Source of the DNA: Promethearchaeia archaeon
GTDB lineage: Archaea > Asgardarchaeota > Lokiarchaeia > Sigyniarchaeales > SOKP01
NCBI GenBank assembly: GCA_029856155.1
Contig: JAHQWL010000088.1
Span: 1-64,000, forward strand
Length of the DNA: 64,000 nt
Direction of reading: 5' to 3'
Shown: positions 49,929 through 60,037 of the stretch, one piece after another
Layout: every line of letters starts with the position of its first letter
How positions within the stretch are numbered: the first letter of the stretch is position 1
Made by a program: the position numbers and the translations under genes
The notes under the pieces: model-generated
The model's input: the letters and a program-made list of their open reading frames with translations, nothing else
Database searches by the model: none
Told to the model about the DNA's origin: nothing

Positions 49929-51380
49929 ATGAGCGAAAGAGAAATTTCTTTAAAAGAAAAAATATTATTTGGCACAAACGCGTTCCCAGATCAAATGACT
50001 TATCAAGCATTTACTATTTATGTGTTTACTTTTTTCTTTGCTGTTGTACATCTCAGCATGCTTGAAATGTGGATAGGATTCGTTCTATGGGGTATTTGGA
50101 ATATGTTTAACGATCCTCTTTTAGGAGCATTAAGCGAAAAAACAAAACAAAAAGGTAGATTGGGAAAACGTAAATTTTATTTGATAATTTCATTTATCCC
50201 GCTCGCGTTGATAATGATTTTTCTTTTTACAGTAATTCCAAGGGACCCACTTAGTACCTCACAGTTTACTTTTCATTTCTGGTATTTTATGTTAATAATT
50301 TTCACCTTTGAATTCTTTTATACAATGTTTTCAGTAAATACAAATGCTGTATTCCCCGAAATGTTTCCCACAGAAAAACAAAGAGGCGATGTAAACGTAT
50401 TTATAAAAGCCTTTACTATGGTTGCTGTAATACTTGCTTCATTAATTCCTACATTTATCGTAACTCCTTCTTTAGTTCCAACAACTGATCCATTAGTTGA
50501 TCCAGTAACTTACGCAGCAGAAGTTGCTAGTATTCAGAATAAATATATTATTTCTGGTATAGTATTAGCTGTAATAATATTGATCACAGCAATTTTGTTT
50601 ATTTTCTTTGGTGTGAAAGAAAAAGAAGAACAAATAAGTGATTTTGAAAAAAGACCAGGATTTTTCGAATCATTGAAAATAACATTTTCAAATAGAACAT
50701 TTATAAAATTCACACTTGGAAATATGCTTATTTGGTATTGCTTTAATATATTATTAACAATATTTCCACTCTACGCTGTCTACGTACTGGGAAGAACTAA
50801 AGGAACCTCATTAATTGGCATTACATTGATGTTAGCGCTATTATCTGCAGCATTTCTTATGCCTATTCAAGCAAGGATTAGAAAAAGATACGGTACTCGT
50901 AAAGGATTAATGATTGGCTTGGGAATATGGATAATCACTTTATTTCCCCTAGTTCTTTTATCAAATAATGAAATAAGTAGAACATTATCATTATTTGTCT
51001 TTATAACGATAGGATTTGGCTTATCAGCTGCGCTATTTTTTATTGATATAATTCACGGTGATGTAATTGATCAAGATGCACTTAAATTTGGCATAAAAAG
51101 AGCAGCTAGCTATTATGGTGTAAATGCTTTTATCCATCGTTTTTCAATGATACTTGGAATTACAACTATTTATATTATCTTTTCGGGAACTGGATGGAGT
51201 AGTTATGTACCTGTTGTTGCTGATCCATTATTAAGAGAAATTGGTATAAAAGCTTTGATGTTTCTGTTTCCTTCAATAGCTCTTATTGGATCAATTCTCT
51301 TCTTTAAATTTTACGATTTACATGGTGAAAAGCTTGAAAAAATGAGACAGGAATTAGAAAAACATCCCGAATTAAAGTAA
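49929..51380 (+). CDS. MFS transporter, GPH (glycoside-pentoside-hexuronide) family
   Basis: WNMFNDPLLGALSE, GKRK, FPEMF, DVIDQD, YYG; 12 TM. Confidence 0.88.
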   Translation: MSEREISLKEKILFGTNAFPDQMTYQAFTIYVFTFFFAVVHLSMLEMWIGFVLWGIWNMFNDPLLGALSEKTKQKGRLGKRKFYLIISFIPLALIMIFLFTVIPRDPLSTSQFTFHFWYFMLIIFTFEFFYTMFSVNTNAVFPEMFPTEKQRGDVNVFIKAFTMVAVILASLIPTFIVTPSLVPTTDPLVDPVTYAAEVASIQNKYIISGIVLAVIILITAILFIFFGVKEKEEQISDFEKRPGFFESLKITFSNRTFIKFTLGNMLIWYCFNILLTIFPLYAVYVLGRTKGTSLIGITLMLALLSAAFLMPIQARIRKRYGTRKGLMIGLGIWIITLFPLVLLSNNEISRTLSLFVFITIGFGLSAALFFIDIIHGDVIDQDALKFGIKRAASYYGVNAFIHRFSMILGITTIYIIFSGTGWSSYVPVVADPLLREIGIKALMFLFPSIALIGSILFFKFYDLHGEKLEKMRQELEKHPELK

Positions 51381-51395
51381 ATATTTTTTTTTTTT

Positions 51396-52310
51396 TTATC
51401 TTAATCCTAATTTTTCCCTGGTTTCATCAACAGTAGCGGGATCTCTCCCAAGTTCTTTGGTTAATCGAACCATCCTTTTTACTAACTGAGCATTACTCTC
51501 TACCATTTCTCCTTTCTGATAATATAAAATATCTTCAAGCCCAGTCCGGACATTTCCCCCCATACAAAGAGCAATCGTTGTTGTTCGAAGATTTAATTTG
51601 CCTACAGTAACTACTTGCCAAGTGGATCCTTCTGGTAATAAATCAACCATGTTTAATAAATTTCTAATTGTTGCTGGTGCTCCTCCTCCGATACCTAAAA
51701 CAATACTAAAGTGAAGTGGAGGTTCAAGAACCTTGAATCTTGAGACTAACGTCTCAATATTGGTAATATGACTTGTATCATATACTTCAATCTCAATCCC
51801 AAAACCCTTTTTATTACAGCGCTCAACATATCGTTTATTGAAAGACAATGGATTATCAAAAGTATGGTTACCATATTTAGTTTGAAATTCAAAGGTACCA
51901 GCGTTAATAGTATGCATATCTGGTGGAGGATCTATATTGAGAAGATTTAACCGTTCTTTAAGAGTGGGCATAACAATGGTTTGACCGTATTTCCGTCCTT
52001 TACTACTAGTTTTAGTACCATATGCTATGCGGGCACCTATTCCATTCCCAATTTGAACAATAATTGGACACTTTTCACGTATGAGCTTAACAGCTTTATT
52101 ATAATATTTGAGATCCGGTGTATTTTGTCCGTCTTCGCCACGAACATGAAGATGTATTATTGAAGCACCTGCTTCATAACATTCCAATGCATCTTGAGCT
52201 TGCTCTTCAGGAGTTATAGGTATTGCTGGATTTGCCCATTTTCCTTGAATTCCTCCTGTAATTGCTGCTGTTATAATTACTTTTTCATCTGTAAGTAAAT
52301 TTGGTTTCAT
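51396..52310 (-). CDS. BKACE / 3-keto-5-aminohexanoate cleavage enzyme family
   Basis: IITAAITG, PITPEE, AGASIIHLHVR, EIEVYD, VRTGLED. Confidence 0.9.
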   Translation of the reverse strand: MKPNLLTDEKVIITAAITGGIQGKWANPAIPITPEEQAQDALECYEAGASIIHLHVRGEDGQNTPDLKYYNKAVKLIREKCPIIVQIGNGIGARIAYGTKTSSKGRKYGQTIVMPTLKERLNLLNIDPPPDMHTINAGTFEFQTKYGNHTFDNPLSFNKRYVERCNKKGFGIEIEVYDTSHITNIETLVSRFKVLEPPLHFSIVLGIGGGAPATIRNLLNMVDLLPEGSTWQVVTVGKLNLRTTTIALCMGGNVRTGLEDILYYQKGEMVESNAQLVKRMVRLTKELGRDPATVDETREKLGLR

Positions 52311-52509
52311 TTTTTAAACCTTTTATTTAATTATTAGCAATTTTATTATTTGTTACGGTTGTTTATGTTAATTGTAATAATAATCTCTTTCATTTAATTC
52401 TCATGATTTAGAAAAAATTCAGTTTTATATTAAAATAAATAAAAGATAAATATAATTTTGGAATTAAATACCTTATCGTAATTATAATAAATTTAGAATC
52501 ACTCTAATC

Positions 52510-54282
52510 ATGCCCAATTATACTCCTAAAGAAGCTGAATTCTATGCTCGTTTTGGTGAACAAATGCAAAAGGCTCTAACTAATCCAAATCAGAGTATAG
52601 CCACATCTATTGAAGAGTTGGCAAAAAACATGCCAAAAAAAAAGGCTTTACTATATGAAGATTCTTCTTGGACTTGGCAAGAATTTAATGAAGAAAGCAA
52701 TATAATCGCAAACCATTTTCTTAATTCAGGATTAGAACCAAATGATACTGTTGCTTTAATGCTTGAAAATTCACCTGAATACCTCTTTTATACAACTGGA
52801 ATTAATAAACTGCAAGGGATTAGTGCGTTAATTAATTTTAATCTTAGGAAACAAGCATTAATCCATTCTTTTAAATTGGCAGAACCAAGGTGGATAATTG
52901 TTGATGGTGATAGTTTACCTTACTTTATTGAAATTGTTGAGGATTTAGATTATCCCTATGAGAATATTTATGTTATTAATAACAATAAGAATAATCCTCA
53001 TGATTTTACTAACTTACAAACTATCACTAAAAACTTATCCAGAACTAATCCTGATACTACTTATAATTCAATTTTACATCAAACTGCATTGTATATTTAC
53101 ACTTCAGGCACAACAGGTCTCCCTAAAGCCTGTGTAATGGAAAATTTTAAACTATTTACTCAAGGTAACTTCTTAGGAATAGCTTTTGCAAAAACGGATA
53201 TAAACGATATTGTATATATCCCAACCCCACTTTACCATAATTTAGCTATAGGCGTTGCCTGGCCAGCTATTTCTCAAACTGGTGCTACTCTAGCAATAAG
53301 AAAACGTTTTTCTGCCTCTGAATACTGGAAAGATATCCATAAATTTCAAGCGACTTGTAGCATCTATGTTGGTGAAATCCCTCGATATCTTCTCAATCAA
53401 CCACCCTCTGAATATGAAAAAAATCATACACTCAAAAAGATGTTAGGATTAGGCCTCCGAAAGGAGATATGGGAGAGATTTCAATCTCGTTTTCAGATTG
53501 GACATATATACGAATTTTATGGATTAACTGAGGGTCATCGATCTCTTATTAATGTTGAGGAAATTCCCGGAATGATAGGGAGATTAACTCAATCTGGATT
53601 AATTTTAGTGAAAGTTAATCCTGAAACAGGTGAATTTTACAGAAATGAGAGAGGTTATTGTATCAAATGCAAACCAGGTGATATTGGAATGGTTTTGCTT
53701 AAAATTGATAAGGGAACCTTTTTCATGGGGTACACAGATAAAGAAAAAACAGAAGACAAATTTCTACATGATGTTTTTTTAAAAGATGATACTTATTTTA
53801 ATACCAATGATATGTTAATGCTTCATGATGACCTTTGGGTATCGTTTGCAGATCGATTCGGTGATACTTACCGATGGAAAGGTGAAAATGTATCTACTCT
53901 TGAAATAGAATCCATTCTAAATTCTTATCCATCAATTTATATGTCCGCTGTTTATGGTGTTTCTATTCCAAATACAGAAGGAAAAGCTGGAATGGCTGCA
54001 ATTAAATTAAATCCCTCTTTGAAGTTTGAAATTGATAATTTTTCTCAATTTATTGCAGATGTTTTTCCAGTTTATTCTATTCCTGTCTTTATTCGAATTT
54101 GTGAAGATGAACTAGAAATTACAGGCCCCTATAAAATAAAGAAAACTAACATACTTCGAGAAGCATATCATATTGACTTAATCACTGATAAAGTATATCT
54201 ATGGAATCAACAGGACAAAATCTATATTTCGTTGGATAATGATATATATCAGAAATTAATTAATGGGCAGTTGAGAATATAA
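52510..54282 (+). CDS. Long-chain acyl-CoA synthetase, FATP/FadD6-like
   Basis: YIYTSGTTGLPKA, YVGEIPRYL, EFYGLTE, DRFGDTYRWKGENVST, EGKAGMA. Confidence 0.92.
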   Translation: MPNYTPKEAEFYARFGEQMQKALTNPNQSIATSIEELAKNMPKKKALLYEDSSWTWQEFNEESNIIANHFLNSGLEPNDTVALMLENSPEYLFYTTGINKLQGISALINFNLRKQALIHSFKLAEPRWIIVDGDSLPYFIEIVEDLDYPYENIYVINNNKNNPHDFTNLQTITKNLSRTNPDTTYNSILHQTALYIYTSGTTGLPKACVMENFKLFTQGNFLGIAFAKTDINDIVYIPTPLYHNLAIGVAWPAISQTGATLAIRKRFSASEYWKDIHKFQATCSIYVGEIPRYLLNQPPSEYEKNHTLKKMLGLGLRKEIWERFQSRFQIGHIYEFYGLTEGHRSLINVEEIPGMIGRLTQSGLILVKVNPETGEFYRNERGYCIKCKPGDIGMVLLKIDKGTFFMGYTDKEKTEDKFLHDVFLKDDTYFNTNDMLMLHDDLWVSFADRFGDTYRWKGENVSTLEIESILNSYPSIYMSAVYGVSIPNTEGKAGMAAIKLNPSLKFEIDNFSQFIADVFPVYSIPVFIRICEDELEITGPYKIKKTNILREAYHIDLITDKVYLWNQQDKIYISLDNDIYQKLINGQLRI

Positions 54283-54308
54283 AAAAAAATTTTTTTGGAG
54301 ATATAATT

Positions 54309-55181
54309 TTGAAAAATCTTTTAGATGGAAAATATGCATTAATTACGGGTGGTGGAAGAGGAATTGGAAAAGCAGTCGCTCTTGAGTATGCAAGAAATGG
54401 TGCTAACATCGCAATTACAGCTTTAGAAGAAAATGAGTTACTTGCAGTTGTTGATGACATCAAAAAGTATGGTGTGGAAGGGATTTCCATTCCTGCTGAC
54501 TTGACAAATGTTGAAGAAGTAAAATTAGTCGTAGAAATGTATTTTAAGAATTTTAAGAAATGCGATATTTTAGTAAACAATGCAGGGATGTCATATTATT
54601 GCTCAATGTTAGATGTATCCCTCGAGAAAGCAATAAAATTATTTAATCTTAATCTTATTGCCTATTATGCAATAATTAAATTAATACTTCCTAAAATGGT
54701 TGAACAACAAAGAGGAAATATCATCATGACGGCTTCTGTTCATGGAAATATGTTTTTTAATCCAAATCAAGTAGCTTATTCTTCTACAAAAGCAGGAGTT
54801 TCTGCTATGGGAAAATGTCTTCATAATGAATTAAATCCATTTAATATCCAGGTAAATGTAATTCTTCCAGGAGCAATTCAAACTAAATTATATGAAGATA
54901 GTGCAGAACGAGGACAATTAGCACCTAAACCAATCTCTCCTGAAGCAATTGCTCCGATATACGTTTTTCTTGCAAGTGATTTATCATTTAAGCGGTACCA
55001 AGGAAAGATAATAAATCAAATGTTGCTCTTTGATCTTTTACCTAAAATTAAGAAAGAAGTGAATAACACAGATTTTAAAATTAGAGCTATAACCAAATCT
55101 ATGAAAAGTAAACTAAGGAAAGGTGAATACAGTTTATTACGAAAAAATCAAGAATTAATAGATTTTCTAATTAAATATTGA
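54309..55181 (+). CDS. SDR family oxidoreductase with C-terminal extension
   Basis: TGGGRGIG, NNAG, YSSTK. Confidence 0.9.
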   Translation: MKNLLDGKYALITGGGRGIGKAVALEYARNGANIAITALEENELLAVVDDIKKYGVEGISIPADLTNVEEVKLVVEMYFKNFKKCDILVNNAGMSYYCSMLDVSLEKAIKLFNLNLIAYYAIIKLILPKMVEQQRGNIIMTASVHGNMFFNPNQVAYSSTKAGVSAMGKCLHNELNPFNIQVNVILPGAIQTKLYEDSAERGQLAPKPISPEAIAPIYVFLASDLSFKRYQGKIINQMLLFDLLPKIKKEVNNTDFKIRAITKSMKSKLRKGEYSLLRKNQELIDFLIKY

Positions 55182-55894
55182 ATTTACATTCTGTATGTGG
55201 AATAATTATGAAGGAAATACTGACTAAAATGGAAAAAGATGCACTTTTAACTCATTTAGTTTTCGTAATTATATGTGTAATCTTAATTCTTGTGCCCTTT
55301 GGTTTTGGTATGGGTTTAAAATTGTTTTTACTAGTAATAATCTATAATATAATGATTGGATTTGTAAGTATTTGGCGGAAATATGAAATCTGGATAAATA
55401 TTTGGCTTTTTGTATTAATACTTAGTATATTTCAACTATTCCCAGATTGGTTTTTATCTGCTGAACTTGGCATTTTGGTATTTCCTGAAGATGGATTCAT
55501 TAAAGTTGGAACTGTCTCACTATACATGATGGGTTTATGGTCTCTACCGTTATTTTTAATTACATTTATTGGAACTAGTTTTCAAGAACGGTATTCAAAA
55601 TTAATTACATATTTGACTGTGACATTAATGACATTGATTATATTTGGATTAGCTGAACAAACAATGTGGATGCTTCAATCTTGGTATGCACAAAATGTAG
55701 TTATGATTGGGCATGTAGCATTATATATAATTATTCCAGAGGTTATCCTTGGTTTATCAACCTATTTAGGATATAAAATAATTCAACAGAAAAACCATTT
55801 CTTTAAAATTCCAGTTGCATTTACTATAATGCTTTTATATCTTGGAAGTGCGACATTCTTTTATTTCTTAATTGAACAAGTGTTATTAGGGTAA
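55178..55894 (+). CDS. Multi-TM hypothetical membrane protein (start probably about 55209)
   Basis: About seven TM segments, FPDWFLS...LVFP motif. Confidence 0.7.
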   Translation: MNLHSVCGIIMKEILTKMEKDALLTHLVFVIICVILILVPFGFGMGLKLFLLVIIYNIMIGFVSIWRKYEIWINIWLFVLILSIFQLFPDWFLSAELGILVFPEDGFIKVGTVSLYMMGLWSLPLFLITFIGTSFQERYSKLITYLTVTLMTLIIFGLAEQTMWMLQSWYAQNVVMIGHVALYIIIPEVILGLSTYLGYKIIQQKNHFFKIPVAFTIMLLYLGSATFFYFLIEQVLLG

Positions 55895-56007
55895 AAAGAA
55901 ACTTAAAATTAAAGTATTCAATATTGATAATTTAGAGATTATTGAAGATTTTTAAGTATTAAAGTTAATATTAAATTAAAAAAAAATAAAAAGAGGAGAA
56001 ATAAAAA

Positions 56008-56241
56008 TTGACTCTATGTTTTGTTTTAATGAATGTTCAAGCGGGATTTGTAGAACCTGTAGTTCGTGGTTTAGAAAAAATACCTGAAGTTAAAGAAAGT
56101 TATCCAGTTACCGGAGGTATTGACATAATTGTTAAAGTAGAAGGCCCAGATGTAGAAACAATTGCAAAAACAATTCTAGCGAAAATCCATAGTCTTCCGG
56201 GCGTTAACCGTACAGAAACTCATATTGTTGTGCCATTATAA
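56008..56241 (+). CDS. Lrp/AsnC ligand-binding domain protein
   Basis: IPEVKESYPVTGGIDIIVKV...IHSLPGVNRTET; strong SD GAGGAG. Confidence 0.88.
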   Translation: MTLCFVLMNVQAGFVEPVVRGLEKIPEVKESYPVTGGIDIIVKVEGPDVETIAKTILAKIHSLPGVNRTETHIVVPL

Positions 56242-56320
56242 ACTCTATAAATCTAGAACAGTGCTATTATAAGCATTAAAAGAAAAAAAAAGAAGTTAAT
56301 TGGATTTTTCTTAAAATATT

Positions 56321-57220
56321 CTAGGATTCATCAGAATTTTTAGGTTCTTTTTCTATTTCCCTTCTAATAAATTTAATGTTTTCTTTAAGGGTTTTTTTTA
56401 TTGGGTCATCTTTTATCTCAAGTTTATTTAAAATCTGAACTGCTTCCTCAAATAATTCTAATGCTTCAGGGTATTGAGCTTTTTTATAGTATAATCCCGG
56501 AAGATTAAAGAATTTATATGATATACATTGGATGGCAGTTATAATGATCCATATCAGTATGAGAATTGATAAGATCCATTCGATTAAGGGATTAAACACA
56601 ATAAGAAGAATTATCAACATAAATCCTATAAAGAAACCATAATATGCCAAATATTTTTTAAATGCTGGACCTTCATACATCATTGATTTTGGTACTAAGT
56701 ACATTAAATAACTATAAAGAACGATATAGAAAGACGAACCAATAAAGGCAGTGGATGCAACAAAACTATGAAATGCTACGAATGCCGCTATGTATGTTTC
56801 ATCTGGAATTATTCCGACTAAGGCAATACACATGTTAGAGAAAATTGCTATGCCTGTTGCTAACCTTCTAAGATTATCATTTATATTAACTAGTTCTCTT
56901 TCTAAATAAATATAAAATGGAATTAACAATGAGCCTGTCACCACAAAAGCAATACTGAACAATGATTTAGCTTCCATTAATCCTAATGTACTTACGGTGT
57001 GTATTAATGGTGAATATCCCGGAGTAACTAAAGCAGTTAGAGGTAGCATAATTGCCATAAATAACGCACCCGCAAGACCAAATAATACTTCCATCCTAGA
57101 TTCTGTTTTTAATACCATTTTTATCACTTCTAAAAATAATGGATAAAATATATTAATGTAAAAATTCCACCATTTTATAACATAATTATTGTCGTAAAAG
57201 TTTATTAAACTTTTACCCAC
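56321..57220 (-). CDS. DUF998-like membrane protein with C-terminal TPR-like helix pair (start probably 57118)
   Basis: PGYSPLIHTVSTLG, VGIIP, FHSFVA, EW; tail GLYYKKAQYPEALELFEEAVQI. Confidence 0.65.
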   Translation of the reverse strand: MGKSLINFYDNNYVIKWWNFYINIFYPLFLEVIKMVLKTESRMEVLFGLAGALFMAIMLPLTALVTPGYSPLIHTVSTLGLMEAKSLFSIAFVVTGSLLIPFYIYLERELVNINDNLRRLATGIAIFSNMCIALVGIIPDETYIAAFVAFHSFVASTAFIGSSFYIVLYSYLMYLVPKSMMYEGPAFKKYLAYYGFFIGFMLIILLIVFNPLIEWILSILILIWIIITAIQCISYKFFNLPGLYYKKAQYPEALELFEEAVQILNKLEIKDDPIKKTLKENIKFIRREIEKEPKNSDES

Positions 57221-57315
57221 TTTTCCTATTATAAATTACTCTTCTATAATAGAATTCCTATAATGATAACCGTATAATTATTATACTTCAGAATTATAAC
57301 TTTTATTAAAATAGG

Positions 57316-57501
57316 TTGAACTTAAGTAATAATAGAATTTGCGAAGTACCAAAGGCTATAGCGAGATTAGAAAGGCTTCAATCAATTAATTTAAGCTTCA
57401 ATAATATATCAATATTGCCAAAGGCAATAGAAGAAATAGAGGGATTGCGCTTTATCTATTTGGAAGGAAATCCAGAGTTAACAAATACTGGGAAAAAATA
57501 A
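57316..57501 (+). pseudogene. Leucine-rich repeat fragment (about 2.5 repeats)
   Basis: LNLSNNRICEVP..I..LERLQSINLSFNNISILP..I..L..IYLEGNP; in-frame TAA just upstream. Confidence 0.6.
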
Positions 57502-57612
57502 AATATTAAGATAAATTTGTTATTATAGAAAAGTATTTTTATTGTTCTAAACAATTAAGAAATATTTATAAATTAGGTGAACAACCATATATAAGAGAAG
57601 TGTGATATTTTA

Positions 57613-58161
57613 ATGGACGGAGAGAAATTTACTTTCAAAATTACAGTGATCGGAGATGGTGCTGTAGGAAAAACGTCATTAATCCGAAAATTTACTGAAG
57701 GTGGTTTTGAAGATGCCTATATCCAAACTATAGGAGCACAATTTTCTAAATATACTGAAGAAATAGATGGTGATAACTGTAAATTATTTTTTTGGGATAT
57801 AGCGGGTCAAGATACCTTCCATTTTTTACGTCCTGCTTTCTATAAATCTAGCTTGGCTGCTATTATTGTATTTTCTCTTGAAGAAAATGATTTTGGTAGA
57901 GATAGTTTTAAACATGTCCAGAATTGGCAAAATGAAATAAAAAAATTCTGTGGAGAAATACCTATTTTACTGTTTGGAAATAAAGTTGATTTAATTGATG
58001 AGAAAAACTTCGATGAAGAGAAAATCCAAAAATTTGTTGATAAAAAAGACTTTTTTGGGTATTATAAGACTTCCGCTAAAACTGGACAAGGAGTATACGA
58101 AGCATTTCAAGCAATTATTCAAAACTTATATTCTAAATACAAGGAAATCTCTGAAAAATAG
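57613..58161 (+). CDS. Rab-like small GTPase
   Basis: GDGAVGKTS, TIG, WDIAGQ, GNKVD, TSAK. Confidence 0.93.
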   Translation: MDGEKFTFKITVIGDGAVGKTSLIRKFTEGGFEDAYIQTIGAQFSKYTEEIDGDNCKLFFWDIAGQDTFHFLRPAFYKSSLAAIIVFSLEENDFGRDSFKHVQNWQNEIKKFCGEIPILLFGNKVDLIDEKNFDEEKIQKFVDKKDFFGYYKTSAKTGQGVYEAFQAIIQNLYSKYKEISEK

Positions 58162-58228
58162 AAAAAATTGAAAATTTAGGCAAACTTTTGAATTTTACAT
58201 TTAAAATCTTTAAAATTTACTACTCTAC

Positions 58229-58813
58229 TCAGTAAATTTTAAAAATAATATCGTTTAAAGGTCTTTTAGGAACGTGCATTTTCCCCTCATTGTCTTTCCA
58301 ATAGTTGAAAGAATCTATATAAGGTTCTATTACAGATTCTTCATCTGGATATCCTATACTAATTACTTGTTTAATTATATAGTAATCTGGAATCTCTAAT
58401 AATTTGCCAATTTTTTTTACATTAATTGATCCCATCCAACAGCATCCAAAACCAAAATTAACAGCACCAAGCAATATATTTTCAACGGCAGCTCCAACAT
58501 CAAAATCAATATATGCATTTTTTATGTGTGTATTTACAAGCACTATAATATATGCTGTAGGTTCTCTTCCTTTTTCGGGAGTTCTTTGTTCCTCAGGGAG
58601 TGAGGCAGCCCAATTTACTAATGGAAATAATTTCTCCCTGATTACAGCATTATGAACAATAATGAATTCAAGAGCTTGAATATTACGTGCCACTGGAGCT
58701 ATACGGGCATAATCAATTAACTTTTTTAAAAGTTCTAATGGGACGGGATCTTGTTTAAATCTTCTTATCGTTCTTCTCTTATATATTATTTCTTCCAAAT
58801 TCAAATTTTTCAC
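58229..58813 (-). CDS. Nitroreductase family protein
   Basis: RRTIRRF, APVARNIQ, DVGAAVENILL, GCCW, IGYPDE. Confidence 0.9.
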   Translation of the reverse strand: MKNLNLEEIIYKRRTIRRFKQDPVPLELLKKLIDYARIAPVARNIQALEFIIVHNAVIREKLFPLVNWAASLPEEQRTPEKGREPTAYIIVLVNTHIKNAYIDFDVGAAVENILLGAVNFGFGCCWMGSINVKKIGKLLEIPDYYIIKQVISIGYPDEESVIEPYIDSFNYWKDNEGKMHVPKRPLNDIIFKIY

Positions 58814-58824
58814 TTCATTTTTGC

Positions 58825-59868
58825 TTATTGATGGGATTTAATTAAACTTTCCGCCAATTTATAAAAGCTTTCTTCTACATTTTTTCCAGTTAACGCAGAA
58901 GTCTCAATATACTCTAAATTAAGTTCATTTGCGATTTTTAGTGCTTCTTCAGATGCTATATTTCTTTTAGACATTAAATCTTCCTTATTTCCTAAGATAA
59001 AGCCAATCAAAATTTCTTGCGAAGGAACAACATTTTTTTTAATATCTTCGTACCAATTTTGAATACTTTCAAAAGATTTGCGATTTGTTAAATCAAATAT
59101 TAAAATTACTGCTTCTAGCCCCATATAAAAATGACGCCTCATAAGCTCGAATTTACTTTGTCCTGCGATATCCCAAAGAATCAAATTGACATGATCATCT
59201 TGTACTTGAATATTTTTTTCTGAAATTGATACACCCAACGTAGGAATATAGGTTTGCATAAAGGCATGATCTATAAACCGAAGTATGGTGCTTGTTTTTC
59301 CAACTCCTGGATCTCCACATACAACAATTTTATAGTTGAATCCTAATCCTCTTTCTCTTGGTTTTTTTTCTTCTGGAAAAGCCTCTACTGTAGTGATCTT
59401 TTTTTCTTTATTACGTAGGTCATCTAAAATTTCTGAAATTCTAGTTTTCAAATTGGTTAGTTCAACATAAATTTCATCAGAATTAGCCTTTCTATTCTCT
59501 AATTCAATAATTTTTTGAACACTATCAGCAAATGTAGACTCAAGATAATTAATATATTTATAGAAAATAAGGTCATATGCTTCATTGAATAATACTGTAA
59601 TTGATGATATTGCCGCACCTCCCCTGCTAGCTTCATTTTCTCGTTCTACATATTTAATGATACCTTTTAAATTGAACATTGGAAAAGGAATTATAACTAA
59701 AGACTGAGGTATGATTCCTTGATCAGTTGAGAGAATCGTGATTGATTTAATGCTCACTGACATTCGAATGTCATCTTGTAGATCAACTGGATCCCATAAA
59801 AAAGGTTGTGGACCAACTTTTTCGTCCAATAACGTATAAACTATTGAGGTGATTATTTTTTCAGTCAT
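58825..59868 (-). CDS. Longin/uDENN-like domain fused to Rab-like GTPase
   Basis: N-terminal IVYTLLDEKVGPQP; C-terminal GDPGVGKTS, PTLG, WDIAGQ, GNKED, ETSAL. Confidence 0.85.
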   Translation of the reverse strand: MTEKIITSIVYTLLDEKVGPQPFLWDPVDLQDDIRMSVSIKSITILSTDQGIIPQSLVIIPFPMFNLKGIIKYVERENEASRGGAAISSITVLFNEAYDLIFYKYINYLESTFADSVQKIIELENRKANSDEIYVELTNLKTRISEILDDLRNKEKKITTVEAFPEEKKPRERGLGFNYKIVVCGDPGVGKTSTILRFIDHAFMQTYIPTLGVSISEKNIQVQDDHVNLILWDIAGQSKFELMRRHFYMGLEAVILIFDLTNRKSFESIQNWYEDIKKNVVPSQEILIGFILGNKEDLMSKRNIASEEALKIANELNLEYIETSALTGKNVEESFYKLAESLIKSHQ

Positions 59869-59999
59869 TGCCGAGATTAAATGATATAATAATTATAGAA
59901 AAATTCAATGTTTTATTTGACTATATTCTATAATTTATAAAAATAGGAGTTTATAAAAATTTGTGAATTTGAATGGTTTACATTTTAAATACTAATAGT

Positions 60000-60021
60000 T
60001 CGTGAAACACCTCTTTCACGA
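60000..60021. other. Hairpin TCGTGAAA-CACCTC-TTTCACGA between the two GTPase-fusion genes
   Basis: 8-bp perfect stem, 16 nt downstream of the stop of the 60038 gene. Confidence 0.4.
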
Positions 60022-60037
60022 TGAAAACTCTTGATAA

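Noticed and set aside
51381-51397. Long poly-T tracts (also about 6700 and about 44356)
   Set aside because: Probably ordinary archaeal U-rich terminators, but not distinguishable from background in such AT-rich DNA.
57316-58161. Split LRR-Roc (Roco) protein
   Set aside because: There is no COR domain, the GTPase has its own start region, and the LRR piece is short with an upstream stop. It fits a remnant better.
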